Source: Dehalococcoidia bacterium (GTDB lineage Bacteria > Chloroflexota > Dehalococcoidia > Lucifugimonadales > UBA3495). From it: 64,000 nucleotides of DNA. Numbering within the stretch: position 1 is the first letter of the stretch; the number at the start of each line of letters is the position of its first letter. The position numbers were made by a program, and so were the translations under genes. The notes beneath the pieces are model-generated. The model was given only the letters and a program-made list of their open reading frames with translations. It did not search any database and had not been told where the DNA came from. This document shows, piece by piece, positions 31,731 through 40,375 of this stretch. Where the stretch lies: NCBI GenBank assembly GCA_030740155.1, contig JASLXV010000054.1:55645-119644 (forward strand), read 5' to 3'.

Positions 31731-32456
31731 ATGGCCACCTACGTGCTGATTCACGGCGCAGGCCATGGGGGCTGGTGCTGGGACAAGGTCGTCCCCCTGT
31801 TGCGAGCCGCGGGGCATAACGTGGAAGCTCCGGACCTGCCGGGCCACGGCGAAGACAAGACGCCAATCTCGCGAGTAACCCTCCAGGCCTACACCGACCG
31901 GGTCTGCCGGGTCCTGGATGCCCAGCCCGAGCCGGTGGTGCTGGTGGGCCACAGCATGGGCGGTATCGTAATAACCCAGGCCGCCGAATCCCGGCCGGAA
32001 AAGGTCGGAACGCTGGTGTATCTGACCGCGGTCCTAGCTCCCTCCGGCGTCTCGATCCTTCAAACCCTCGAAGGGGATGGCGCGACGTTGGAGGATGCGA
32101 TGGCCCGAAGGACCATGATTCTCTCGGCCGACCGAAGCTACGTCACCTTCGAGGAAGGTACGCTCGCCGGCAGGTTCTACAACGACTGTTCCGAGGCGGA
32201 CGTGGCGCGGGCCAGGTCCCTTCTGGTGCCCCAGGCTTTGGCTCCCTTACAGACACCCATCAGGACCACCGAAAAGAACTTTGGCCGGATCCCCAGGGTG
32301 TACATCGAGTGCCTGCTCGACAAAGCGGTTCCCCCAGAAATGCAGAAGGGAATGTACACCGCCTTGCCGTGCCGGAAGGTCATCTCCATGCATACCGGCC
32401 ACTCGCCATTCTTCTCCGCCCCGGAGGATCTGGCCAAGAACCTGGTTTCGTTGTAG
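31731..32456 (+). CDS. Alpha/beta hydrolase (methylesterase-like)
   Basis: LIHGAGHGGWCW, GHSMGG, GHSPF. Confidence 0.9.
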   Translation: MATYVLIHGAGHGGWCWDKVVPLLRAAGHNVEAPDLPGHGEDKTPISRVTLQAYTDRVCRVLDAQPEPVVLVGHSMGGIVITQAAESRPEKVGTLVYLTAVLAPSGVSILQTLEGDGATLEDAMARRTMILSADRSYVTFEEGTLAGRFYNDCSEADVARARSLLVPQALAPLQTPIRTTEKNFGRIPRVYIECLLDKAVPPEMQKGMYTALPCRKVISMHTGHSPFFSAPEDLAKNLVSL

Positions 32457-32673
32457 CCGGCATGAGGTTAGCCCTCCTGGGGCCGCGCCATGGCCCCGTT
32501 GAAACACGGCTGGCATATCCATCCCGGCCCCCCCAGCAATCGTAGCGCAGCAGTAGCCTCGGCCGGGTGTACAATACTTTGGCGCATGGAGCGCCGGCGG
32601 TCTCTGAGCCACATTCTCTGAAGAGCGGACCCCGGACTTGGACGCCAATCGTTTCGACAGCCAGGTGACAAGA

Positions 32674-33918
32674 ATGACCTACGCCTTGCTTGAAGGCCTG
32701 CGCGTGCTGGAGCTGGGGCAGTTTCTCTCCGCCCCATACTGTGGCAAGCTTCTGGCCGACATGGGAGCGGAGGTCACCAAGATCGAACCGCCCGGCGCCG
32801 GCGACCACGCCCGCCAGTACGGCCCTTTCCTCGGCGACGACCCCCACCGGGAACGCAGCGGCTTATTCCTGTACCTCAACGCCAACAAGCGAGGCGTCAC
32901 CCTGGACCTGGGCACACCCACCGGCCAGGGAATCCTCCGGGAGTTGGTGTCGCGCTCCGACGTTCTGGTCCACAATCTTCATCCGCTGGAGATGGACCGG
33001 TTGCACCTCGACTACGAGGCGGTCAGCCGGGCCAACCCCAGCCTGGTAATGGCATCTATCACCCCCTTCGGGGTAACCGGTCCGTGGCGGAACTACACGG
33101 CATACGACATCAACCTGGCCGCCGCGGGAGGCGTCTGCGAGGGTCTCGGGGAGGCCGTCCGGGAACCACTGACCTTCGGCACTCCCCAAGTGGGCTACTT
33201 CGCCGGCCTTGCCGCCGCCTCAGCTATCGTAATGGCCCTTTTGGCTGTCACCCCCGTCCCCTCTCCCTCAGGGAGAGGGGTGGCCGAAGGCCGGGGTGAG
33301 GGTCAGCACATCGACATCGCCGAGGTGGAGACGCTGGCCGGAATCTACAACGGCCCCGAGGCGCTGATGGCCGTGTACCAATGGCGCATGACCCGGCGCA
33401 CCGGGCACCATGCCCTCGACTTCCCATACCCCAACTGCCTCCTGCGCTGCAAGGATGGATACATCTTCGTCGGCGCTCCCGAGGGCCGTCAGTGGGGCAA
33501 GCTCTTGGAGCTGATGGGAAACCCCGAGTGGTCCAAAGAACCCCGCTTCAGAAACCGGACCGACATGAACAACCTCTACGCCGACGAGGTCGACGGCTAC
33601 ATGGAAGCCTGGCTCATGGACCACACCAAGGCGGAGCTTCTGGAGCTGGCCCTGGAGCACCGGGTCCCCCTGGCGCCGGTGCGCGGCTTTGACGAGGTGC
33701 GCCACGACGAGAGCCTGGCCGGCCTGTTCGTGGACATCGACCGGACTGACACCGGCCCGCTGCCCTACCCCGGCCCGCCCTATGTTCTGAGCGACGCCGC
33801 CGAGGACGCTCCCTCACCCGCTCCCTTCCTGGGCCAGCATAACCAAGAGATCTATTGCGATGTTCTGGGTTTTTCCGGCGAGCAGCTGGTGAAGCTGTAC
33901 CAGACCGGTATCATATAG
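32674..33918 (+). CDS. Family III CoA-transferase subunit lacking the catalytic Asp (BbsE-like), with an in-frame repeat insertion
   Basis: GAEVTKIEPP, NANKRGVTLDL, SITPFG; QVGYFAG at the position where active members have Asp. Confidence 0.88.
   Translation: MTYALLEGLRVLELGQFLSAPYCGKLLADMGAEVTKIEPPGAGDHARQYGPFLGDDPHRERSGLFLYLNANKRGVTLDLGTPTGQGILRELVSRSDVLVHNLHPLEMDRLHLDYEAVSRANPSLVMASITPFGVTGPWRNYTAYDINLAAAGGVCEGLGEAVREPLTFGTPQVGYFAGLAAASAIVMALLAVTPVPSPSGRGVAEGRGEGQHIDIAEVETLAGIYNGPEALMAVYQWRMTRRTGHHALDFPYPNCLLRCKDGYIFVGAPEGRQWGKLLELMGNPEWSKEPRFRNRTDMNNLYADEVDGYMEAWLMDHTKAELLELALEHRVPLAPVRGFDEVRHDESLAGLFVDIDRTDTGPLPYPGPPYVLSDAAEDAPSPAPFLGQHNQEIYCDVLGFSGEQLVKLYQTGII
33258..33303. repeat. Palindromic repeat inserted in frame in the CoA-transferase
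   Basis: CCCCTCTCCC-TCA-GGGAGAGGGG, GGCCGAAGGCC, GGGGTGAGGG; translated as PSPSGRGVAEGRGEG. Confidence 0.75.
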
Positions 33919-34021
33919 TGGGCTCCGTCGGGCGACGCCCCCCACATCCGTATCAGGGAGGTTGAAGGAAGAAGCAACAGCCGGAGAATCCTAACTAAGC
34001 TCGTCACGCGCGGAGGATACT

Positions 34022-34612
34022 ATGTCGATGGACGCTCCTTATCCTGTCACGGTCGAAGGCGTGTTGGACCCCGGCCTCAGCCGGTGGCTTTGGCTGTTCA
34101 AGTTGATCCTGATCATTCCCCATATCTTCGTGCTGGCCTTTTTGTGGGTGGCTCTCGTTATCGTCACCGCGGTCGCTTTTTTCGGCATTCTGTTCACCGG
34201 CCGGTACCCGAGGGGCATCTTCGACTTCAACGTCGGAGTCCTACGATGGACCTGGCGAGTGAGCTACTACTCTTTCGGCGCCCTGGGGAGCGACCGTTAC
34301 CCGCCTTTTAGCCTCAAGCCGGCGGATTATCCGGCCACGCTGGAGGTGGAATATCCGGAGCAGCTATCCCGCGGCCTGGTGCTGGTCAAATGGTGGCTCC
34401 TGGCTATCCCCCACTACCTGATACTGAGCGTCGTTCAAGACGGCCTCAATGGCCTTCTGGTGTTTTTCGCGGCGGTGGGTCTCCTTTTCACCGGCCGGTA
34501 CCCCAAGGACATATTCGAGCTGGTCATCGGCATCAACCGGTGGACCTTGAGGGTTATGGCATACGCTCTCCTCATGCGAGACGAGTACCCGCCCTTTCGC
34601 TTGGGTCCGTAG
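34022..34612 (+). CDS. DUF4389 membrane protein
   Basis: Two repeats of LSR.L..K..L.IPH...LFTGRYP..IF...RW..RV..Y...D.YPPF. Confidence 0.9.
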   Translation: MSMDAPYPVTVEGVLDPGLSRWLWLFKLILIIPHIFVLAFLWVALVIVTAVAFFGILFTGRYPRGIFDFNVGVLRWTWRVSYYSFGALGSDRYPPFSLKPADYPATLEVEYPEQLSRGLVLVKWWLLAIPHYLILSVVQDGLNGLLVFFAAVGLLFTGRYPKDIFELVIGINRWTLRVMAYALLMRDEYPPFRLGP

Positions 34613-34707
34613 GCCCCGTCGCTTAATTTGCCACCCGCAGGTCAGATGTCTTTGGTCACTGCCATCAAGGGCCAGCTACCGGCTGATAGCCGAAACCTAA
34701 CGGAGGG

Positions 34708-35952
34708 ATGAGTCTTTTGGGCGCCGACGAGCATTCAAAACCCAACGGCCCGCTCCACGGATACCGGGTCCTGGACTTCGGCTGGGTCCTGGCCGGGGCC
34801 ATCCCCGGCATGGTGCTGGCCGATATGGGCGCCGAGGTCATCAAGGTGGAAAGCCGTCAGCGCTTGGACTACATGCGCTTGGGCCGTCCCATCATCGGCA
34901 CCAAGCCGGACCCGGAGCAGCACCCCATGTTCCACAACGTCAACCGGAGCAAGCTCGGCATTACCCTCAACACCGGCCACCCGGAGGCGGTGGAGCTGGC
35001 CCGCCGGCTGGCCGGGCACTGCGACGTGGTCATCGAGAATTTCTCGCCCGAAGTCATGCACCGGTTGGGGCTGGGCTACGAGACCCTGCGCCAAATCAAG
35101 CCGGACATTATCATGGCCTCCATTTCCTCCAACGGGCAGACCGGCCCCCTGCGGGACCTGCGGGCCTACGCCCCATCCGTGGGGGCGCTGGCCGGACTCG
35201 ACAGCACCATAGGCTACGAGGGAGAACGTCTCCTGGGCATGAAGCACGCCTACGCCGATATCTGCGGGGCCCTGCACGCCATTTTTGCAATCACCGCCGC
35301 CCTGTACCGGCGAAGGCGTAACGGCAAGGGCCAGTACATCGACGTCTCCATGCTTCGGGCAACGGCCGCGACCATGGGGGCCGGCCTCATGGAGTACGTA
35401 ATGACCGGCCGGGTAATGCGGCCCAAAGGCAACCACGACCCGGTGATGGCCCCCTACGGCAACTACCCCTGCCAGGGGGACGACCGGTGGGTCTCCATCG
35501 CCGTGCGAACCGAAGACGAGTGGCAGGGCTTGAAGCGGGCCATGGGTGAGCCCGGCTGGACGGACAAGCCCTTCTTCTCGAGCCGCTACGCGCGATTAGA
35601 GCACCGCCGGGAGCTGGACCAGCATTTGTCGGCCTGGACGATGCTCCGGCCGGCGGAGGAAAACATGGAGCTACTCCAAGCCCACGGCGTGGCCGCCATC
35701 CCGGTCATGGGCGCTGAAGAGCGGCTGTTCAACGCCCACTTCCGGGACCGGGAACTGTATCAGGACATCGACCATCCAGCGTTGGGGACCGAGCCCATTT
35801 TCAACCTGATGTGGAAGCTCAGCCGAACTCCTCCAGCCATCCAGCGGCACGCCCCTCTCATGGGAGAGCACAACCATCAGGTCTTCGGCGGAATCCTGGG
35901 CCTGCCCGACGCCGAAATCCAGCGATTGGAAGAGGCTCAAGTCCTCTGGTAA
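34708..35952 (+). CDS. Family III CoA-transferase (BbsF-like, catalytic Asp present)
   Basis: GAEVIKVES, NRSKLG, ENFSP, GQTGP, YADIC. Confidence 0.92.
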   Translation: MSLLGADEHSKPNGPLHGYRVLDFGWVLAGAIPGMVLADMGAEVIKVESRQRLDYMRLGRPIIGTKPDPEQHPMFHNVNRSKLGITLNTGHPEAVELARRLAGHCDVVIENFSPEVMHRLGLGYETLRQIKPDIIMASISSNGQTGPLRDLRAYAPSVGALAGLDSTIGYEGERLLGMKHAYADICGALHAIFAITAALYRRRRNGKGQYIDVSMLRATAATMGAGLMEYVMTGRVMRPKGNHDPVMAPYGNYPCQGDDRWVSIAVRTEDEWQGLKRAMGEPGWTDKPFFSSRYARLEHRRELDQHLSAWTMLRPAEENMELLQAHGVAAIPVMGAEERLFNAHFRDRELYQDIDHPALGTEPIFNLMWKLSRTPPAIQRHAPLMGEHNHQVFGGILGLPDAEIQRLEEAQVLW

Positions 35953-36022
35953 AGTGGGATATCAGCGGTCCGCCTCCCACGGGTGAAGGCTGATAGCTAT
36001 AAATGCTTCCTAGGGAGACACG

Positions 36023-37255
36023 ATGACTCAACAAGACGAACGCTCCAAGGTGGTAGAAACCCTTCCCGAGGTGGATGGCATCTCCGAGGAGGCCGTCGCC
36101 AACGCCAAGGCGATGATCGGGATGCGGCTGCGCACCGAGCAGTTCACCCGAGACGCATCCCTGGGCGCGCTGCTCAACTTCGTCAACGGAATCGGCGACG
36201 CCAACCCGCTGTTTCGGGATCAGGAATACGCGGCAAACACCAAGTACGGCTCGGTCATCGGCCATCCGTGCGCTCCCTACATGCGCCACTGGTCCGGCCG
36301 GACCCGGTGGGGACTGCCCGGCATCCACGGCTTTTTCGCCGGCAACGACTGGGAGTTCTTCCGGGTGATGCGCCCGGGCGACGCCGTCAATTGCGTGGAG
36401 CGGGTGCTGGACGTGCAGGAGAAGGAGAGCCGCTACTCCGCCAAGTTGGTCATCCAGTATGTCGAGACCATCTACAGCAACCAGCGGGACGAACTGGTGG
36501 CCCGGGTGGTCGGATGGTGCACCCGCCACCAGCGAAAGGCATCCCGGGAGCGGGGCAAATACGCCAACATTCCCAAGCGTCACCAGTACACCGAAGCGGA
36601 GTTGGAGGCCATCGACGAGCAGGTGTTGAAAGAGGACTACCGAGGCAGCCGGCCCAGGTACTGGGAGGACACCAAGATCGGCGAAGAGCTTGATCCCGTC
36701 GTTCGAGGCCCGCTGTCGCTGCAGGACGTCAGCGCCTTCCTGGTGGGCACCGGCCGCTCCAGCGCCCACGGCGTACTGCTGCGGGAGGCGCTTCGCCACC
36801 CCGGCCATTTCTTCCGCAACCCGGAAGCCGGGGGTGGTCTGGAATACACCGGCATCGGGCATATGCGAGACTCGGTGGCCGAGGCCGTGGGCGTACCCGG
36901 AGCTTACGATTACGGCCCCCAGCGGGTCTCCTGGATGGGCACCCTCCTGACCAACTGGATGGGCGACGACGCCTTTCTGAAACGGCTGCGGATAGAGACC
37001 CGCCGCTTCAACGTCTACGGGGACACCCAGTGGTGCAAGGGCAAGGTGGTCCGGAAGTACGTCCACGACGGCGCCCCTCTGGTCGACCTGGAGATCTGGG
37101 CCGAGAACCAGCGGGGAGAGTTGACCGCGCCGGGGCACGCCACCGTGATGCTACCTTCCCGGGACCCAAAACTGCCCTGGTTCACCGACGGCAGCGGCCT
37201 CAAGCTCCGGGAAGTGCCCAGGGACGAGAACACTCCGCCCATCCTGCCGGCGTGA
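36023..37255 (+). CDS. Double hot-dog (MaoC/FAS1-like) acyl-CoA dehydratase
   Basis: IGDANPLF, HGFFAGNDWEF, YDYGPQR, TNWMGDD. Confidence 0.85.
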   Translation: MTQQDERSKVVETLPEVDGISEEAVANAKAMIGMRLRTEQFTRDASLGALLNFVNGIGDANPLFRDQEYAANTKYGSVIGHPCAPYMRHWSGRTRWGLPGIHGFFAGNDWEFFRVMRPGDAVNCVERVLDVQEKESRYSAKLVIQYVETIYSNQRDELVARVVGWCTRHQRKASRERGKYANIPKRHQYTEAELEAIDEQVLKEDYRGSRPRYWEDTKIGEELDPVVRGPLSLQDVSAFLVGTGRSSAHGVLLREALRHPGHFFRNPEAGGGLEYTGIGHMRDSVAEAVGVPGAYDYGPQRVSWMGTLLTNWMGDDAFLKRLRIETRRFNVYGDTQWCKGKVVRKYVHDGAPLVDLEIWAENQRGELTAPGHATVMLPSRDPKLPWFTDGSGLKLREVPRDENTPPILPA

Positions 37256-37512
37256 CACGCCGCAGCAGATTTCTTCTCCGGCTGTCGCGGGGTGCAACGC
37301 GCAATGTCCGGTTCTCCGACCTGACTGACTTGGTGCAAAGCTTCGGGTTTGAGTTGGCTCGCATCAGCGGCAGCCACCATATATTCAAACATCCCCATAT
37401 TGCCGAGCTGATCAACATCCAGGAGGTCGCCGGCCAAGCGAAACCCTATCAAATTCGACAATTCCTTCGGCTAGTCGAGCGACACAATCTGCGAATGGAG
37501 GACCGAGAATGA
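37252..37512 (+). CDS. hicA: HicA-family toxin
   Basis: RFSDL...GF..RISGSHHIF...AKPYQIRQ; GTG start overlapping the upstream stop. Confidence 0.85.
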   Translation: MTRRSRFLLRLSRGATRNVRFSDLTDLVQSFGFELARISGSHHIFKHPHIAELINIQEVAGQAKPYQIRQFLRLVERHNLRMEDRE

Positions 37513-37730
37513 ACCACTACCACATCAACATCTTCCACAGTGAGGAGGATGGCGGGTACATTGCCGACATTCCAGACCTCGAGTCATGCTCCGCTTTCGG
37601 AGATACGCCGGAGAAAGCTCTAGCCGAGCTGAATCACGCCAAGACAGCCTGGTTGGAGGCGGCACACGCCGAAGGAAAACCCATTCCACCCCCTCGCTAT
37701 AGACCAGTCATTTACCAGGCGTCCCCCTAG
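37509..37730 (+). CDS. hicB: HicB-family antitoxin (short form)
   Basis: EDGGYIADIPDL..CSAFGDTPEKAL...GKPIPPP; ATGA overlap with hicA. Confidence 0.9.
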   Translation: MNHYHINIFHSEEDGGYIADIPDLESCSAFGDTPEKALAELNHAKTAWLEAAHAEGKPIPPPRYRPVIYQASP

Positions 37731-37807
37731 TCCGCCATCGAGTCACTCAGTCACTGATCACCTGAACAAGCGCCGGAGACCTTCGAACACCTCAGGGGAG
37801 AAAAATC

Positions 37808-38014
37808 ATGGCGATCAGCGCCTACAAATGCCCCAAGTGCGCCAATACTGAATACGAAACAAGCGAGTTCCGGGCCACCGGAGGCTTCCTGTCCAAGGTG
37901 CTAGACATACAGAACCGCAAGTTCACCACGGTAACCTGCACCCGGTGCAGCTATACCGAGATGTACAGGGCGGACAGCAGCAAGCTGGGAAATATATTTG
38001 ATATGTTTACGTAG
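37808..38014 (+). CDS. Zinc-ribbon protein (DUF2082-like)
   Basis: CPKC ... SKVLDIQNRKF ... CTRCSYTEMY. Confidence 0.85.
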   Translation: MAISAYKCPKCANTEYETSEFRATGGFLSKVLDIQNRKFTTVTCTRCSYTEMYRADSSKLGNIFDMFT

Positions 38015-38314
38015 CGCGCCCCGCTGCCCGCTCGTCTTCTTTGGGTTGGGCAAAGGAACATCGGCGGGCGGTGACTCCCCCCTGGCGTTCTTCCACAACT
38101 CCGGCCCGGGTGGACCGCCCCGGAAGAAGGAAAGGTCATCTGGCAGCCTCCCTGCTAATGCTCAAAAAGATAGCCAGGGGAGTGCGAGAGGCCTCGCCCC
38201 TCGCGTCTTCGTTAGTGGGGAGGGGCTGAAAATTATCCGGGTTTGGCAACCGGTGCACCAACGCCGGCAATTATGTATTATAGGTCTGCCCGAAGTTAGA
38301 ATTGGGGGGGAATT

Positions 38315-38974
38315 ATGGCCAACAAGAAAGGCAAAGGGCTGTTGATGGTTTTTGTCGACGTACCCGCCGACAAGGAGGATGACTTCAACCGCTGGTACAA
38401 CGAAGAGCACATCCCCGAGCTGCTGACCATTCCCGGCGTGCTGAACGCCGCCCGCTACGAGGCGGTCAAGAGCGGCCCGAAGCACCTGGCCTGCTACGAG
38501 CTGGAGAGCCCCGCCGTGGTGGATAGCGACGCCTGGACGAAACGGCCGAAATCTGATTGGGCCTTGCGGGTCGGACCCCAGGTGATCGGCTCCAATTTCC
38601 TCAACCCCGTCTTCGAGATTATCCGTCCGGCGACGCTGAGCCCCGAAGCCGCCCAGAGCGACATGGCGCCCGCCCTTCAGATCGGCCGGATGGACATCTC
38701 GCCGGAGCACGAGGACGAGTGGAACCAGTGGTACAACAACGTCTACACGACCAACTACGAGAAGGTGCCGGGGTGCATCCGGGCCCGGCGGTTGAAGGGA
38801 GTGAAGGGCCTTACCGGGTACGGCGTCATCTACGAGTTCGTGAACGAGAATGTATCCGAGCAGCCGGAGTGGCTCAAACAGCGGGACATAAACCCCGACA
38901 ACGCCCGGATGCGTTCCCTCATGCGGCACGCCCCTCTGTCTCCCGGCGTCTGGAAGAAGACTTTCCAGCTCTAG
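38315..38974 (+). CDS. Two-domain EthD/DUF4286-like protein
   Basis: Internal duplication FNRWYNEEHIPELLTIPG / WNQWYNNVYTTNYEKVPG. Confidence 0.7.
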   Translation: MANKKGKGLLMVFVDVPADKEDDFNRWYNEEHIPELLTIPGVLNAARYEAVKSGPKHLACYELESPAVVDSDAWTKRPKSDWALRVGPQVIGSNFLNPVFEIIRPATLSPEAAQSDMAPALQIGRMDISPEHEDEWNQWYNNVYTTNYEKVPGCIRARRLKGVKGLTGYGVIYEFVNENVSEQPEWLKQRDINPDNARMRSLMRHAPLSPGVWKKTFQL

Positions 38975-39164
38975 CCATTTGACCGGAGGCCACCGCCAGC
39001 GCCGGGGGAGCGCTGGCGGCGGAGTTGGTCGAGGGGCCGTTCCACGGGTGCCGGATCGTTGCGTCCCGGCGGTCAACTGGAATAAGCTTAGTTCAATGCC
39101 AAACAAAGGGCCAAACAAAGGGCCAAACGAAGCGTCTCACGCCTCCGTTCCCCGCTGAGCTGCC

Positions 39165-39557
39165 ATGGAAGACAACCAGGGCCGGCAAAGCCCGGCTGGA
39201 GGCGGCGCACAACGACACGACCACCGTGCCGCCAGCCGGCGTGGCCTGACTACCGCCCTGGCACTAACCGGCGGGTACCTGCTGGTGGAGATAATTGGCG
39301 GGCTGATCGCCAACTCCGAAACCAACGCGGTGCACGCGTTCATCAGGCGGGCGAGAGATCGGGAGCTGGAGTTCGAGCAGCTGGAAGACGACCTGATGGA
39401 CCGCCAGACCGGCAGCACCTGGGACGTGGCCTGCGGGATCGCCGTCGACGGGCCCTTGCGAGGGGAGGTCCTGCAAAGGGTGCCCTACATCACTGCCTTT
39501 GACTGGGCCTGGGAAGACTTCTATCCCCACTCGGAATTCTACCGGCGGAGCGGATGA
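39165..39557 (+). pseudogene. Chimeric ORF: CzcD-like N-terminus fused to a DUF3179-like C-terminus
   Basis: HDH..RRGLTTALALTGGYLLVEIIGGLIANS, then D.QTGSTW...G.AVDGPLRG..L......FDWAWEDFYP. Confidence 0.6.
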
Positions 39558-39589
39558 ACCGGCGCTAAGCCAACTCGATTGCTGCCGGA

Positions 39590-39680
39590 TGTCCTTCCGA
39601 GAGAAGCGAGGAATCCCAGCGTATCAGCGAGATTCCTCGCGGGGTCTATCCTGGGTCAAGCCGAAGGGCTCGCAATGACA
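39590..39680. repeat. Palindromic repeat doublet (GTC..GAGAAGCGAGGAATC type)
   Basis: TGTCCTTCCGAGAGAAGCGAGGAATCCC ... GAGATTCCTCGC ... GCTCGCAATGACA. Confidence 0.65.
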
Positions 39681-39737
39681 AGAATCAGGTTTGGGTTGCG
39701 TGAGCAGAGCATCTCGTAAGAGGCTCGGTACCCAGCA

Positions 39738-40250
39738 CTTCATCCCGGCAAAGGCCTAGAAGCAGCAAGCGTTTCTCTGGATTCCGGCCTTCGCCAGAAT
39801 GACGAGAGGAGCGCGGCGGTAACAAGGGGAATGTCGCAACTGCCGTGGAGGGGTGCGGGAGTGTCGAGGTGAGCATGACGAGAAGGAACACCCTCGTGCC
39901 TCACCATCGTCGTTCCGGCGGAAGCCGGAACCCAGGGCGGCAACCTTGCGTGTACCTCCTGGCCAGCAGGCGAAACGGTACGCTGTACGTGGGCGTCACC
40001 TCCAATCTCGTCCAACGTGTCTGGCAACACAAAGGGGACCTGGCCCAAGGGTTCACCCAGCGATACGGCGTGCACGCGCTAGTGTGGTACGAAGCGCACG
40101 TTACGATGGAGAGTGCGATTGGGCGAGAGAAGAGAATCAAGGATTGGAAGCGGTCCTGGAAGATCGCACTAATTGAGGAGTCGAATCCCCGATGGCGCGA
40201 TTTGTATGAGGAGCTTGGTTAGCTGGATTCCGGCCTTCGCCGGAATGACG
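39738..40250. mobile_element. CGTC-type palindromic repeat cluster enclosing a GIY-YIG nuclease gene
   Basis: Doublet at 39738-39804; inverted pair 39908-39935 and 40223-40250 (24/28 identical) brackets the nuclease domain. Confidence 0.8.
39875..40222 (+). CDS. GIY-YIG nuclease (UPF0213/YhbQ-like); start uncertain
   Basis: VYLLASRRNGTLYVGVTSNL..RVWQH...AIGREKRIK.WKR.WK..LIE..NP.W.DL. Confidence 0.9.
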   Translation: MTRRNTLVPHHRRSGGSRNPGRQPCVYLLASRRNGTLYVGVTSNLVQRVWQHKGDLAQGFTQRYGVHALVWYEAHVTMESAIGREKRIKDWKRSWKIALIEESNPRWRDLYEELG

Positions 40251-40375
40251 AATGTGAGGGGATTCGGTGAAGCATTCACCCCTCCGGCCAGGTGCCGATA
40301 TGGGGATGCCTCAGCCGGTTCAGGCGGTTGAAGCTTCCGCGAAGCCTATCATCTCCAGGGTGGACGGACGCTTCC

